Shown one piece after another: positions 27,301 through 39,322 of a stretch of DNA of 64,000 bases. Below the pieces are notes generated by a model, which did not search any database, was not told the DNA's origin, and saw nothing but the letters and a program-made list of their open reading frames with translations. Every line of letters starts with the position of its first letter. Within the stretch, counting starts at the first letter, position 1. Position numbers and translations under genes: made by a program. This stretch comes from Balanoglossus misakiensis (lineage: Eukaryota > Animalia > Hemichordata). The stretch is from the NCBI GenBank assembly GCA_040954595.2, contig CM082596.2:8569124-8633123 (forward strand). The letters run 5' to 3'.

Positions 27301-30249
27301 TAGACGACAGTTCCAGAGTCATTTATTCAATGTTTTAAACAAATTTGGCTAATAAATGACCGTGTGAGAAACATAATCTCACAAACCAAGGACCTCGTCT
27401 GGGATGTTCTGACAGAAAATCCCCAACTCGTGTGAGAAATATGACCCCAGGTCTATTATTCCTAAACTGGTGGTGTCTTTTGTAGGCAGGTCAATTTATG
27501 CACATGTAAATTGCACAGGGACTGTAACAAAGTGGCTACTATATAGAGGTGATCATGTCTGGTATGGATGAAGTCGTTGGTTGCGATGACATCACTAATG
27601 AGACAGGATTATCAATGATCAAAATTAATCCACTGTAGATGATTGTGATTTGACGATTCCTCCATTCTTATCTTTTTGCAGAGTCCGAGAGTGAACATGA
27701 AGACCAGCCGAGCCCGCTGAGAAGGGACAAAGTGGAGAAGGAAGAAGTGAAACTTGGCAACAAAGATGACGCCAAAGTTGAAGAGGAAGAGGGTGCAGAT
27801 GAGGACAAAGATGGCGGCAAACAGCAGAAGAAAGAATCTCCTCCCTCGACACCAGCAGAAGAAACTAAGAAAGAGAAAAGAGCGCCACCAGTGGAGAAGA
27901 CGCAGGAAGAGAAGAAAGAGAGCAACGGAAAAGGGCGTGCAAGGAAAGAACGCAAGGCAGCCGAGGCAAAAGTCAAGAAAGACAAGGAAAGTGTTGAGAA
28001 AAAGGAGACTTTGAAAAAGAACTCGGATGTGAAAAAAGAGGCTAAAAAGGAGATGGAGGTGAAAACGGACAATAAAGTGGAGAAGGAGGTCGAGCCGGAA
28101 CCGGAAGAGAAGGAGAAAGAGAAGGAGGAGAAGACAGAAAAGAAGAAATCCCGGAAAAGAGGCCGGAAAGGCGAAGAGAAGAAGGCAGAAAACAAGAGCG
28201 AGGTGGTAGAAAGTGAGAAGAAAGAGAAAGTGCAGGAGACGGTCAAAGAAGAAGTTCAAATGGAATGTGTCGAGGAAATCAAGGAAGAGGAAAAAGAGGA
28301 GGAGGAGCCAAAAGAGGAGCTTGTCTGCCAGGAGAAGGAACCCAGTGATGTTGCACTTGGGAGTGCCGAGACGTCGACGGAAAGTGCCAGCTCAGAAAAG
28401 ACTGAAACTCCACCGAGTGTTGAGAAGAAGGAAGTCAAACAGGAGGCAGAGAAGGCAGCATGCACAGTGACACAGACCAAAACAGTGGAAGACAGCAAAC
28501 ACCGAGAGGCAGAAAGCACCACCAGGTCTTTGCTGAACACACCGCCCGCCACACCGGAAAGCATCCCGCAGAGCGTTGCCCATGACGATCCGACAGTGGG
28601 CGATTGCAAAACAAGAGAGGATGCCAAGAGTGACAGTGAGTCTAGCATAGAGGTGGATAGTGCCACAGCATCACAGGCGATGACGATAGCCGCAATACCC
28701 ACCCACGCGCTGGCTCTTCTAAGCAGCGTCAGTGCCATGCCCAGCAGCAGTCTGACCAGCATTCATAACGTCACCGCCACCGAAAGCAACAGCAGCAACG
28801 AAGTGGAGACCAACGGTTCGACTCGCAAGAGGCATCGAGAATCCACCAGTGAGGAAACCTCCCCCAACAAGCGGCGCCGGCAGAGTCGGAAGCGGGCGAC
28901 CAACGGACGGACGAGACGGGACAGCGCCCGGGAGAAGCCGCCGCAGAGCAGCGACAGTGACGAAGCGGCCCATTTAGACAGTGCAGTCGGCGGTAGTCAC
29001 GGTAACAGTCGAGTCCAACCCAAAGATGGCTCCGGTCATTCATCCAACGGCTCCTCGTCTCACACAACAGCGGCCTCGACGTCGAATTCAGGAAATGGTA
29101 AACCGCACAGTCCTGGTTCAAGGTCAAAGTCGCCCCAACAACCCAGGTCACCAAGGCAGTCCAAATGGAATTTTGTTATAGGTGAGTGATGTCAATGCTC
29201 ATTAACAGATCTTGCATAGTGATAATGAGTTGTTATGAAGTGCAATCCACTCCTTGAGGAACAGACAACAACTGTATTCACCACAGCAAAGTGACACAAT
29301 ATACACAATGTTGTTTTCAAGCTATAGCACCTGTTTATTACCTCCCAAGAAATGCATTCTCTTCTGGTAACTCACAAACAGATGTGTGTCACCCTTATGG
29401 CCAGTCAGTTATGTATTCATTATTCTTTTGACACTGGCATTAATGAAATGTCCTGCCAGAACGAACAATGGATAATGTTTGTTGATTATTCACCTAGAAT
29501 TCCTACTTTACGCAAACAGAAAAGCTGTGTACAGGGTTTGAAAACTAACAACACTTCATGCATTTATCATTCAATAGACCTGGCACATATACAATGTCCA
29601 GAAGACAGAATTGCCCTTATACAACAGCAGTTAGCAGAACTACGAAAAATTTATACCTCTCTAAAAGCAGAAGTTGCAAGTATTGACAGAAGGAGAAAAA
29701 GGCTTCGAAGGAAAGAAAGGGAAGGTGAGTCTGGATAATACATGGTGTTGATGTGGAATTGATATTCTGATTGAGAATACTAGCATCTGGCGCTATATCT
29801 TATCCAATAGCGCGATGTGTATCATAGGGACAGAGACTACAACATGCCCCCAGGCGACAGTTCCAGAGTCATTTATTCAATGTTTTAAACAAATTTGGCT
29901 AATATGTGACCGTGTGAGAAAAATAATCTCACTCACCAAGGACCTGGGATCATATTTCTCACACTCGTCGGGCGAGTGTGGGACAGAAAATCCCCAACTC
30001 GTGTGAGAAATATGATCCCAGGTCCTTGGGAGGGTGAGATTCTATTAATCTTGCATATAATACAAAAACTGACATCTCTTTGGGCTTTCATAACTTGAGT
30101 AAACACAGATAGATAGTATATCGGCTATGCAATATTTCTGACATTTCCTCTTTGTGTGTTTGATTTCAGCAGCCGCCCAACACCAAGCAGCTCAAGCACT
30201 GGCCGCACAACAACACCAGAATTCGAATACATCACTGGAATGTTCATAG
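12365..30249 (+). CDS. ARID4: AT-rich interactive domain protein 4 (ARID4A/ARID4B, RBBP1 family). Exons 12365-12487, 14079-14141, 14465-14555, 15293-15372, 15796-15899, 16702-16840, 17670-17752, 18215-18297, 18659-18868, 19810-20002, 20423-20582, 20745-21022, 25452-25557, 25793-26300, 27015-27077, 27682-29181, 29578-29724, 30170-30249
   Basis: [74 protein letters not shown] (Tudor/RBB1NT); [29 protein letters not shown] (ARID); [17 protein letters not shown]...[13 protein letters not shown] (Tudor-knot); [22 protein letters not shown] (C-terminal R2); all splice phases compatible. The ATG lies in an upstream exon. Confidence 0.95.
12513..12859. mobile_element. Kolobok-type palindromic MITE copy
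   Basis: ttaa|AGGGACAAAGTCTCTCTCTCGCTGCCC...GGGCAGCGAGAGAGAGACTTTGTCCCT|ttaa. Confidence 0.85.
15420..15708. mobile_element. MITE with 3-bp TSD and GG..CC ends (Zator/Harbinger-like)
   Basis: tga|GGCGAAATAA...TGTGCTGTTCCAATTAC and GTAATCGGAACAGCACA...TTTTGGCC|tga. Confidence 0.6.
16937..17278. mobile_element. Kolobok-type palindromic MITE copy
   Basis: ttaa|TGGGACTAAGTCTCTC...GACTTTGTCCCT|ttaa. Confidence 0.8.
19249..19557. mobile_element. Non-autonomous element with long 3' hairpin (Crypton-like)
   Basis: Starts TTA...GATTGG; ~70-bp arms AGCAATAAAACACCCCCAGCCATGGTATACCACGAGATTTTGACCAGTTCA / TGAACTGGTCAAAATCTCGTGGTATACCATGGCTGGGGATGTTTTATTGCT; no TSD seen; family assignment is inference. 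Confidence 0.5.
19810..20002 (+). CDS. ARID4: ARID DNA-binding domain core exon of ARID4
   Basis: [43 protein letters not shown]...[12 protein letters not shown]. Confidence 0.95.
20127..20340. mobile_element. Truncated Kolobok-type MITE inserted at the terminal TTAA of a piggyBac-type MITE
   Basis: ...GTGAAAGGG|TTAA|AGGGACAAAGTCTC. Confidence 0.7.
21319..25357 (-). mobile_element. Helentron-associated non-autonomous element (HINE/DINE-like), ~4 kb, in an ARID4 intron
   Basis: On - strand: TTTT|AGGTCCCATTGG...CATGGGACC inverted repeat, then (ATGG/ATGT)n microsatellite (25240-25300); far end AATGGGACC subTIR, short GTGTC-CTT-GACGC hairpin, T-run; same ends as 55114-57526. Confidence 0.7.
21375..22530. 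repeat. ~239-bp tandem satellite, ~5 units, inside the HINE
   Basis: AAGTAGGTCAAAGGTCACCTGAGGTCATGCAAAATTTGGGCAAG recurs at ~21394, 21632, 21871, 22110, 22348. Confidence 0.95.
25793..26300 (+). CDS. ARID4: Tudor-knot/chromo-barrel exon of ARID4
   Basis: [21 protein letters not shown]; AT-hook-like KRGRPP. Confidence 0.92.
27155..27462. repeat. Interspersed repeat (Crypton-like); second copy ~29765-30050
   Basis: Shared GACAGTTCCAGAGTCATTTATTCAATGTTTTAAACAAATTTGGCTAATA...GTGTGAGAAA...CCCCAACTCGTGTGAGAAATATGA. Confidence 0.6.
27682..29181 (+). CDS. ARID4: Large low-complexity exon of ARID4 containing LxCxE
   Basis: 1500-bp open exon (ORF 27732-29189), gcag acceptor, ATAG|gtgagt donor, LVCQE at 28320-28334. 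Confidence 0.9.
29765..30050. repeat. Second copy of the Crypton-like repeat with terminal hairpin
   Basis: Matches 27270-27460; hairpin CCAAGGACCTGGGATCATATTTCTCACAC / GTGTGAGAAATATGATCCCAGGTCCTTGG. Confidence 0.6.
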
Positions 30250-31383
30250 CAAGCGTTGTTTCTGACCCAGTCACCTTCAAGGAAATATCTTTTATAAAGA
30301 TGGAAGCTATTCTTTATTCCCAGAGATATATCTATTATTATTTTTTCATACTCTAAGTTTAAATATAGAATGTAAAATTGTAATTTATAAGATCTGATAA
30401 TCCAGAAAACAGTAAATATTGATTGCTTAGACGTGTTAATTGTGAAGCCCCAGTTGTATTTTATTGTGTCAGTGAAAAATGCATATGACAAATGCCATTG
30501 TTCTTTTCAGAGTTAATATGAAAACACATACACCTGGACTGTTTTGATTCTCTCTGTTTTATTTGTGAGAGCACAGCCAAGATGTCTAATTCCAGTACAT
30601 TTCAAAAACTCATTTATTTATGTTAGAGCAGTCAGTGTCAGTCAGGGTTTGCTTTGTCTCTTTGTATTTGCATATTGACTGGCCGTCAGGATATTCACGT
30701 CAATTGCTGTATCCCCCAGGAAATTGTCCCTCCCCAAACATTTTGGAGTGACTTCCAGGCCAGAGGAGTGGGCGGCCAGTCAATTTAACACATCTCATGG
30801 AGTATAGCTTTGATGGGAACACAGTCATGCATCTTCATTTCGTACTGTAACATTTCTTGTGTATGCACGTCACTTCCAGAAAAACAGTATTCGGTCAGAT
30901 GACACTGAAAACTAATGACAAGCTAACTGTGTAAAAAATGAAGTACCAAATTTAACAATGATTCAGCCAAAAGACAGTGCAGAAAAGAGGTGTTACAGAA
31001 TGAAATGGTCAAATTGTAGTAATAATGTGATACGGAAGTCATGAGCGTTTACAATCGGTGTCTGATGGTTGTGAGACAACATTCGTCATCTGTATTATGT
31101 TCATATTTCAGCCATGTTTTAAATTTCCTGTATCAATTGAGCTGAAGCAAATCTTGGTCGACCTCCTGCACCTAAGCAGAATGAACACAAAATAGTTCAG
31201 ATAAAAAGCAATCATTGGTTTTCATTTGTGGGTGTTTGTCACTGTCAAGACCACACTGCCATCCGACACAGATGTCAACCAAACTTTTAAAGAATTTCTA
31301 TTGTGAAACCCATTTGGGCAGTCAGTCACGTTGATTGTAACACAGTTATTTACAGTTCATGGAAAATCAATTCTCTTGTTTAA

Positions 31384-31731
31384 AGGGACAAAGTCTCTCT
31401 CTCGCTGCCCTCTTTTCATGAATTATGTTTGATACAAGACACCGTTTATGTTATTCTACATGTGGATATATAGTGAATCAACATTCAACCACACACAACT
31501 TCCATCCCGTTTGTAGACAGTAGAGTGAAAAAACTCGCCAAAATGAATATTCAGTCTTTACCATTTATTCATTTTGGCGAGATTTTTACTCTCATATCCT
31601 CCAAACGGGATGGAAGTTGTGTATGGTCGAATGTTGATTCAATATATATCCACATGTAAAATAACATAAATGGTGTCTTGTATCTAACATAATTAATGGA
31701 AAAAGGCCTGCAAGATACAGACTTTGTCCCT
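31384..31731. mobile_element. Kolobok-type palindromic MITE copy (probable ARID4 3'UTR)
   Basis: ttaa|AGGGACAAAGTCTC...GACTTTGTCCCT|ttaa. Confidence 0.85.
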
Positions 31732-32140
31732 TTAAATGTATTCATTTGGGATTAAGAATCAACTTGACAGTGATGGTTGACTTTTGGCAAGGTTCCAAAT
31801 CCAGACCAGACAAATGTGCCAGAACGTAAGCCACTGTTGTTTAGTTTAGCCCTTTCACCACCATGGTTCAGTCCAAGCCTATTGTTTACTGTGGTATGGT
31901 TGGGCCTCTAAAGAGGTAACTGGGGGTGAAAGGGTTAAAGTTACCTTAGTTTGTTGTTTAAATGAACCCCCCCCCCCCCCTCCCAGTGGAATGGGCTGCA
32001 AGTCTTACTGGTGATAGCCATATGGTAAAGTATTGTTGTGTGTAAGTCTTGGAATGTCAATCTTTTGTTCAATTCCAAGTGAAGGGCTCTGGTGACTTTG
32101 AGAGTGTTTTTCCTCTGATATTTAATAATCACACAATTAA

Positions 32141-32226
32141 CCCTTTCACCGCCATGGTTCAGTCCAAAGCCATTGTTTTCTATGGTAAGTTTGGACCTTT
32201 AAAAGAGGGAACTGGGGGTGAAAGGG
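32141..32226. mobile_element. piggyBac-type MITE, intact copy
   Basis: ttaa|CCCTTTCACC...GGTGAAAGGG|ttaa. Confidence 0.8.
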
Positions 32227-35200
32227 TTAAACATTCACTTGAAGCAAAATATTGCAAATCTGTTAAAATATCTGTACATCAAAATTCTAAACATTTGTGT
32301 AGTAAAAAGCTCAAATCTTTATTTGTCAAACAAAGCTGAGAGACTAGAATGTCTTGACTGGAGTTGGGTTAAAGTGCATCAACTCTGTGTCATAACAAAG
32401 GTGCAGAAGTTTTCAACATTTTGATGCTGTCAATTTATTGGGCTTCTAAGTGTGACACTATTTAAATTATCTTATATTTTGTATACATTTTTATGTGGGG
32501 AAAAAATGTTTTATTTGACACCAAGACAATTATATAAACTAATAAGGTGTCAAAAATGCGAACTTTGTGGGATGGAAGGTAGCATGGGTGTAGAGTTCAA
32601 CAGTTTTTTTAAGAGCAACAGCTAATTTTCTGTACAGCAATAAACTTTGGAAGATAATGTGTGTGATTTAATCCTGTACAGAGAGATTTAACAAATTTTG
32701 GCAATCTTCTTACCCCTATGTACTTTTAACAGAGCATAGTTCAATCACACAAAAAATCAGAAAGAAACAAAACAAGGAATTGGGATATATGTGTCACTCA
32801 TGGACTTCCAGAGATCATATGTAATTAATGCCATTTTTTATACATATATTATTCTTTATCATAAAGTTATTGTTGTCCTCCTTAGATTTAAAATAAAACT
32901 AATATTTGTTTATAGTCTGTGAAGTTTGAAGCAGAACAACTTGTAATTTGGTAGATATTTGTGTAATATAGAGCCAATGTTTTGGATGGTTGCATAGGCC
33001 AGCCCCAAACTGTTTGTATCTTTTGTCAATGCAGTTGTTGGTAAACAGAGAGCACATAATCACTGTCTACTCTTTGAAATTCCCTGGTTTCCAGCAAAAG
33101 CTGAGAAGTGTGCTGAACTTTGTTTATCTACTACAGTGCTAGGCGTATTCTGTGTTGGCTCTAACTGCCTGCATATCAACAGCATTACATTTGTTGAGAC
33201 ACGCTGTAGTCATTCAGTACATCTTGTATGCAATTTGACACATTTCAATAAATGTAAAGAGATTTTGGGTTTGCATTCATGTGAAACCTTAAAAAAACTA
33301 TTTGTATTACAGTTTGTCATTCTCTGTGTCTGCCGTAGAAATAGTCAGTATGAATAAGTTGTAACATATTCAGATAGATTGACAAGAATACAATAAAATG
33401 CTGTTCATGATTGTACCAGAAAATAGTCTTTTGTTGTTGTATTTTCTTGGACTGACCTACAAATCGTGTGCTGCATTTTCTACATGTTTAAGGACCAAAC
33501 ATGTTCCAAAGACCATGTTGAAAATGTGGGTTAAAACATTTTTCACAAAATTAATGATATCAGAGAGAAATGTTTTTATTAAAAATGAAACCATGATGTC
33601 ACTAGTGGATATTTGTTTAATACATGCATACATGTATGTGAAATTACGAAACAGTCAAAAACATCAGTCGGAAATTTGTCATTTTTGGACAATTTTCATG
33701 AGCATAACCCACAGAAAATGTCCAAAAGTGACAAAAATGAAGCTAGTATCCGGCCAGATTGAGCAATGCAGTTGAAGCTGATCCCAGGACAGTGCCATTT
33801 TTATCACAAATAAGTGTAATCTTGATATGCTATCAGGCAAATAGACAGAATTTAAAGCATGTCTGAATTTTTTTTTATCCAGTTGCAGCGCCCTCTGTGG
33901 TGTTTGGATGACGCCTAGGAGTGGAAGGGAATTGCACAGCGGGACTGGGGGTTAGAGTTCTGATATTGTCGATGGTGTGTACGTCATGCCAGTGGAGGCT
34001 GTCATTACAATAAATAAATCTATACAGTTACTATTGTAGAAATCCAGCCAGTGTCTTGTGCTGTCCCAATATCACCAATATAACCAAATGATCAAACTAC
34101 ACAATGCAGCATCAATTGATAAAATACAGCTGATTTTAATCATATAGAATCAAGTTAAATTTAAATAGTTTTTTTACATAAGTACTACTTGTCGAATAAA
34201 TATCTAAAATAAAAATACAGTAATAATAACTTGATAGCAAAGAATTAACAGTGTGTGTGTCTGTGTAAGTGTTCCTGCTAACTAGTGTGGAGTATGAATA
34301 TTATATACAAATATTCATCAAGTGTTACTGTATCAGGGGATAGAGCACAAAGACCTCAATGAATAGAATTTGAACAAAAATACCGCTGCAAGATTTCACA
34401 AAATATTGCTCTTTGATTGGAAAATACCTAATATGTATATCATCAGTGAAAAAGTTAATATATAATTTCTAAAAGGGACATTAGCAGTAACTTTTGGCTT
34501 CATTTTTTAGTATATGTGTTCTGTGTATCAAATGCAGTTTTTTCTTCTACTCCAAACAGCATGCTAATATACCCAGTACTCAGCTTGTCAACATAGATCC
34601 ATGTGTGTAATGCCCATTGTTGTTGTTGACAAATGTATTCTAGTCTGGACTTGAATTCAAATTTTGGACAATAACAATGCTGACTACATACATGTAAATT
34701 GTGTTAGTAAGCTAAATGCTGGACATTTCATCATGTTTCAGGAATTTGAACAAGAAACTGCAGTAGATACACAAAACAAAAATACGGAAAAGATAGCAAA
34801 AAGTTACAGCTAATGCCATAACGGAGCTGGAAGTAAAATCTGAAAAGTGGATTCCAGCGAATAATCCCACAGTATAAAACTATCAATGGATGATAAAAAC
34901 TGGATGGCATCCATAAATAGCCACAAATATGACTCCTAAAATGTACAAGCAAATCTATAATACATATACACATTCAAGACTGAAAATGTTCCAAAGTAAT
35001 ACTTAGGATGTACGTTCGTCAAAATTGAAAGTATAGTAATTTCTTTTAATTGTTGATTTTTGGATTATCTTGGGTAGGGGTGAATGAAAATCCGTGATAA
35101 AATATAGGGGTCACCGTGCTTGTTTTTGAAATACAGAGCCATGAATTTAGTTGACAATAGAAGAAAACTGCTGACTCAACATTTTTCACCAATGGTTTAT

Positions 35201-35592
35201 CTATAAAATATTTTCACAAAATTTATCTCAAAATAGAGTGTGGTGACCATACGATTCTATTTCACCCATGAATTTATATTTACTGGACTGACCTATGTGT
35301 AAAATTTTGTGAATTTGACAATAGTAGAAGTTTGTTTTCTAGCAATTATCAATGTATTCCTATGGGAAAAAGATGAGTGCACGCAGTTTTCCGGTTTATG
35401 TTCTGCGCATATATCCTTAACATTCCCATGGTCAGCATTTGCATTCTGTTTCAGGCAAGATTTTAAAAATCGTCATTGTACATTTCATCATGGTGGCCTT
35501 TATAATCATGCAAGACAATTTCGTCTCAACATCTTCCACCAAACCCGCAATATGTACTTACACAAGTAGAGTGTCCCTCAAGAACTGTACAA

Positions 35593-36983
35593 CTAACACT
35601 CAACTCCGTACTTATCAAAATTTCTGAGAATCACTCCAAGTTGTAAGTGGAGCCTACCCATACCCACAGTCTGTAAGAGATCTCGGTCGGAACTACTGTA
35701 GACTAAATCAGGATTCCGTAATTGTGGTCCTCCGCCGACAAAGTTGTGTGAAATCTGTTCCCGGAACACTCCACTCGGCCTCCAAGTGACGCACTCAATG
35801 TCGTGCGTCCCAGGTGCTGTTGGCACATGACAGAAACCATAGCCGTACAATTCATTCCGTGCGTACGCATCTTGATGGTACACTTGAAAGTGGAATTTGG
35901 GCCAGCCTGAAAAATCACAAAAAAACACATATTAAAGGGATAAAGTCTCTCTTTCGCTACTCTTTTTCCACTAATTATGTTTAATACAAGTCTACAAGAC
36001 ACCATTTATGTTAATGTACATGTGGATATATATTGAATCAACATTCGACCACACACACCTTCCATTCCGCTTGTAGACACGAGAGTGAAAAAACTCACCA
36101 AATGAATAATCGTTCTCTACCATTTATTCAAGTTGGGCGAGTTTTTACTCTCATATCATACAAGTGGGATGGAAGTTGTGTTTGTTGAACGTTGATTCAC
36201 TATATATACACATGAACACTAACATAAATGGTGTCTTGTATCAAACATAATTCATGGAAAAAGGGCAGCGAGAGAGAGACTTTGTCCCTTTAATAATATG
36301 TGCGCAAAGCCTCGACAGTGGCAGATTCTCCAGTCTAATTAGGTATGTTGCAAATAATACATTATGTTTACTGTCCACAACCTGCCATCACGAAATATTA
36401 CTGACCATGACAACTATCTTACCTTGCAAACCGTTTGTCGATAGATGAATATCTATTGGATGTCCCCAAGCACAGAATTTCTCATTTTCTGGGATATCCA
36501 CCTGGGTCTGTCCTTCTTTCTGACCAGCCAGCAATTTCCATGCACCTCCTACAAAAATACAGCAAATTAAACGAATAATATAAATCACCCTTCAAGACAG
36601 GTGATCATGTGTTCTCCAGTGAATCTGAACCATCTCAAAGGCAAAGACATCCTTCTCAGACTTCAAAAGACCAGGTACGGTAGTATGTAATTTGTATAAC
36701 AAACAACAACAACAACAGATGGATAGACATCAATTTTTATAATTAGCCAGTTACAACTTACTAGTATGTTTTTCACTGAGAAATGGTGTTTCCTCTATGA
36801 TGTCAACATGATATAATAATAAATATGTCTAAATGTGTGAAATTGTCCAAAATTGCCATTTCATATGCAAAGTAGAATGAATGACACACACTTACCTGCA
36901 TGGACTCCCCATTTACAAAATAAACTGTTCTCGGGAAATCCACTCGCACCAACTATCTCCCCTATGATATGTACTTCAGCCAT
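35593..36983 (-). CDS. B9D2: B9 domain-containing protein 2 (ciliary transition zone, MKS complex); coding exons 36983-36896, 36548-36423, 35906-35593 (175 aa)
   Basis: [47 protein letters not shown]...[22 protein letters not shown]...[10 protein letters not shown] closely matches B9D2; 88+126+314=528 nt. Confidence 0.97.
35936..36289. mobile_element. Kolobok-type palindromic MITE copy in B9D2 intron
   Basis: ttaa|AGGGATAAAGTCTC...GACTTTGTCCCT|ttaa. Confidence 0.85.
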
Positions 36984-37049
36984 CTGCTCTGCAGGTCAAA
37001 AGAAAAGAAACAATATATCGTGAGAGTTTCTAAACCCTATGTAATTCGT

Positions 37050-37275
37050 AGGGGGCTGGATGGCAACACTGCACTCAAAGTTAACTTTTCATCCAGACCT
37101 AGAGGTCATGCTTTGAAATTGTCCAAACCAGCAACATTAACAAGACTCGACATCAGAAAGCATTCATTTTACGCCGAGGGTTGTCAACCTGTGGAACAGT
37201 CTCCCAGATGGGGTTGTCAACACCAGCAGTACAAACTCCTTCAAGAACAATTACGACTGTTACCAGCGTAACATG
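37050..37275 (+). mobile_element. 5'-truncated CR1/L2-clade LINE fragment (ORF2 C-terminus, frameshifted)
   Basis: RPRGHALKLSKP..RLDIRKHSF, then after a frameshift PRVVNLWNSLPDGVVNTSSTNSFKNNYD, the typical CR1/L2 ORF2 tail. Confidence 0.8.
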
Positions 37276-37758
37276 GATCGTTTCAACCGTCACTAGCACA
37301 TGATTACCAAGAGGGATGTTTCATTATCTGGATTGGATATCTATTCCCTGATCTGAACTGATCTGGTACTGATAGGTCTACGGAACTGGAGCTACATTGC
37401 CACGCTTCAGTTACATCTTTGACATGTATGAGAAGACGGGTGCACCAACTTATTAATTACATGTAGTTGTATGATGTAATTTATATGAAAAAAAGGACAT
37501 CATTCCATAATTCGCCATACATCCGTATCTCGGTGTTTCGTTTGGTGTTGTACTGGAGGCCTGGTTTGAACACAGGCATTGCTGAGAGTCAGTGGTTTGA
37601 ACCAAACCCCAGCCTCCTCCGCCCACAATGGGCCAAACTACCCAAATAGCAGGGGTCAACTCTCCACAGACTCCAGTCGAACAAATAAGAATACAGAATA
37701 CTGTACTCCACTTCCGTCTGTGAATACTACCTGTACTATAGTTGAGTAGCCCGAGGTT

Positions 37759-37859
37759 TAGCTGCAGCTCAGTAGCTCGTGGTTTTGCCTTGCACAAACC
37801 ATGGACGTAATCCATGCACAAACCAAGGCAAAACCTCGAGCTAGTACTGAACTCAGCTA
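37759..37859. mobile_element. Short TAG..CTA MITE with near-perfect 9-bp TSD (AcademH-like)
   Basis: cccgaggtt|TAGCTGCAGCTCAG...CTGAACTCAGCTA|ccggaggtt; relatives at ~8550-8645 and ~38070-38118. Confidence 0.55.
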
Positions 37860-38184
37860 CCGGAGGTTCTGCCTATTTTTTGATTACAACATGTTCATGC
37901 CCGATAGATATATGATGTTAACGCTTGTTGGATTGGCGTCGAACGTTTCACCAGCGAAGGTTCACATAGTTATTTATTTACAGTTGTACATCAGTGTGTT
38001 GTGTTGTATCACATCAGTTGGGCTTCAAGTCATAGAGACGGCAAATCCTGCTGGTGTTGTCGTCTAACCCACAAACCAACATGCAAAACGTCGAGTCGAG
38101 CAACTGATCTGCAGCTAACAGAAAAAAAGTATCTACCGACCGGGTCGAGTGGAATAAAAATGTTCCAGGGACAGAGTAAACACA

Positions 38185-38275
38185 CTTACTTTCAACTCCA
38201 CAAAACTCCCACCGCTGACAGAAATCAAATCTGGCGTCGTCGCAACTATGCGGAATTTACGCATGCGCAACAATA
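38185..38275 (-). promoter_or_regulatory. Probable non-coding first exon and promoter of B9D2
   Basis: Minus-strand donor AA|GTAAGT at 38190/38189; CpG-rich; NRF1-like GCATGCGC at 38261-38268. Confidence 0.45.
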
Positions 38276-38495
38276 AGGTCAGAGGTTATCTGCAGCGCCC
38301 TCATGTCTGGAAAAAATGCCTAATGTGGATCCAGGGTTGGAGAAAGATACCAGAGATAATTTCTCGAACTCCTAAGCTCATGTTTCTACATAGAATCAGA
38401 CCAATTTCAGAATAAATTTAGGTTACAGATTACACTTGTCAGGCAAAGTGGCTATCAATTGTTTATCTGTTTATTGATCAAAGCGGCACCCAGAC

Positions 38496-38954
38496 TAGTC
38501 TCGGTTACCCAGACGCCTTTGCTTCTTCCGATGCTCTCCAGAAAAAGGGTCTGGGGAAATGCTATTGAAAGCTTTGTAAAACAAAATGGCCGATGTCAGG
38601 ATTTTGATCATCGCCTGATTGGCTGAGCTGTCAGTATGACCCGGGTCACTGACTCTCGACAATGTGTGATTATTTGTCGTATCTTCATATCAAGAGACCG
38701 GTACTTGTTGGTTGATGCGAAAGGCAAAAGGCGTCCTCTGTTAGCATTGTTGGAGAAATTATATGAAATATATTTGGTAGACGATTGTCGAAACTATCGC
38801 AGTGACCCGGGTCATACTGACAGCTCAGCCAATCAGGCGATGATCAAAATCCTGACATCGGCCATTTTGTTTTACAAAGCTTTCAATAGCATTTCCCCAG
38901 ACCCTTTTCTGGAGAGCATCGGAAGAAGCAAAGGCGTCTGGGTAACCGAGACTA
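38496..38954. mobile_element. Fold-back MITE with ~155-bp near-perfect TIRs and 9-bp TSD (AcademH-like)
   Basis: cacccagac|TAGTCTCGGTTACCCAGACGCC...GGCGTCTGGGTAACCGAGACTA|cacccagac. Confidence 0.85.
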
Positions 38955-39322
38955 CACCCAGACATGGCTTTGATACTTTTCACATAATAGCCACCAGGAA
39001 AATTTCATTTGTCAATTGTCATGATTGTTTTTCAATAACAGGGAACACAGGAATATTCTTGTTGAAAAAAAGTTAAACAAAGAACAATATCACTTCTTGC
39101 TGTTGTCTGTCGGTGCTGTAAATAACTGTAAAAGAACACTACAATCGCGCCCCCACCCCATTTTTTTTTCCACAATCAAACCTGCCATTCCTTGCCATAC
39201 TTTCTAAGGGACTGGTCAGTTTATTCGGCCTGGGGGGGGGGGGTTCTATTTTGTGGTAACGTTATCAAAAAGTGACTGACCCCCATTGAAAATGGAAATG
39301 TGGGTATTGCCGGAGCGCCCTC

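Noticed and set aside
27612-29154. Long antisense and alternate-frame ORFs over the ARID4 large exon (also 20705-21037, 25781-26219, 52012-52491)
   Set aside because: Shadows of purine-rich Glu/Lys coding sequence that lacks stops on the opposite strand
33886-33902. CTCF-like CAGCGCCCTCTGTGG between the convergent ARID4 and B9D2 3' ends
   Set aside because: One base out of register with the consensus; chance match plausible
34474-35578. Possible ~1.1-kb Kolobok element (AGGGACATT...AGTGTCCCT) next to the B9D2 stop
   Set aside because: TIR only ~8 bp and flanks are not clean TTAA; not supportable by eye
38234-38246. RFX X-box for the ciliary gene B9D2 (GTCGTCGCAAC)
   Set aside because: Only a half-site match to GTNRCC(N0-3)RGYAAC
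38636-39076. 146-aa ORF
   Set aside because: Runs through a fold-back MITE arm; no transposase motifs
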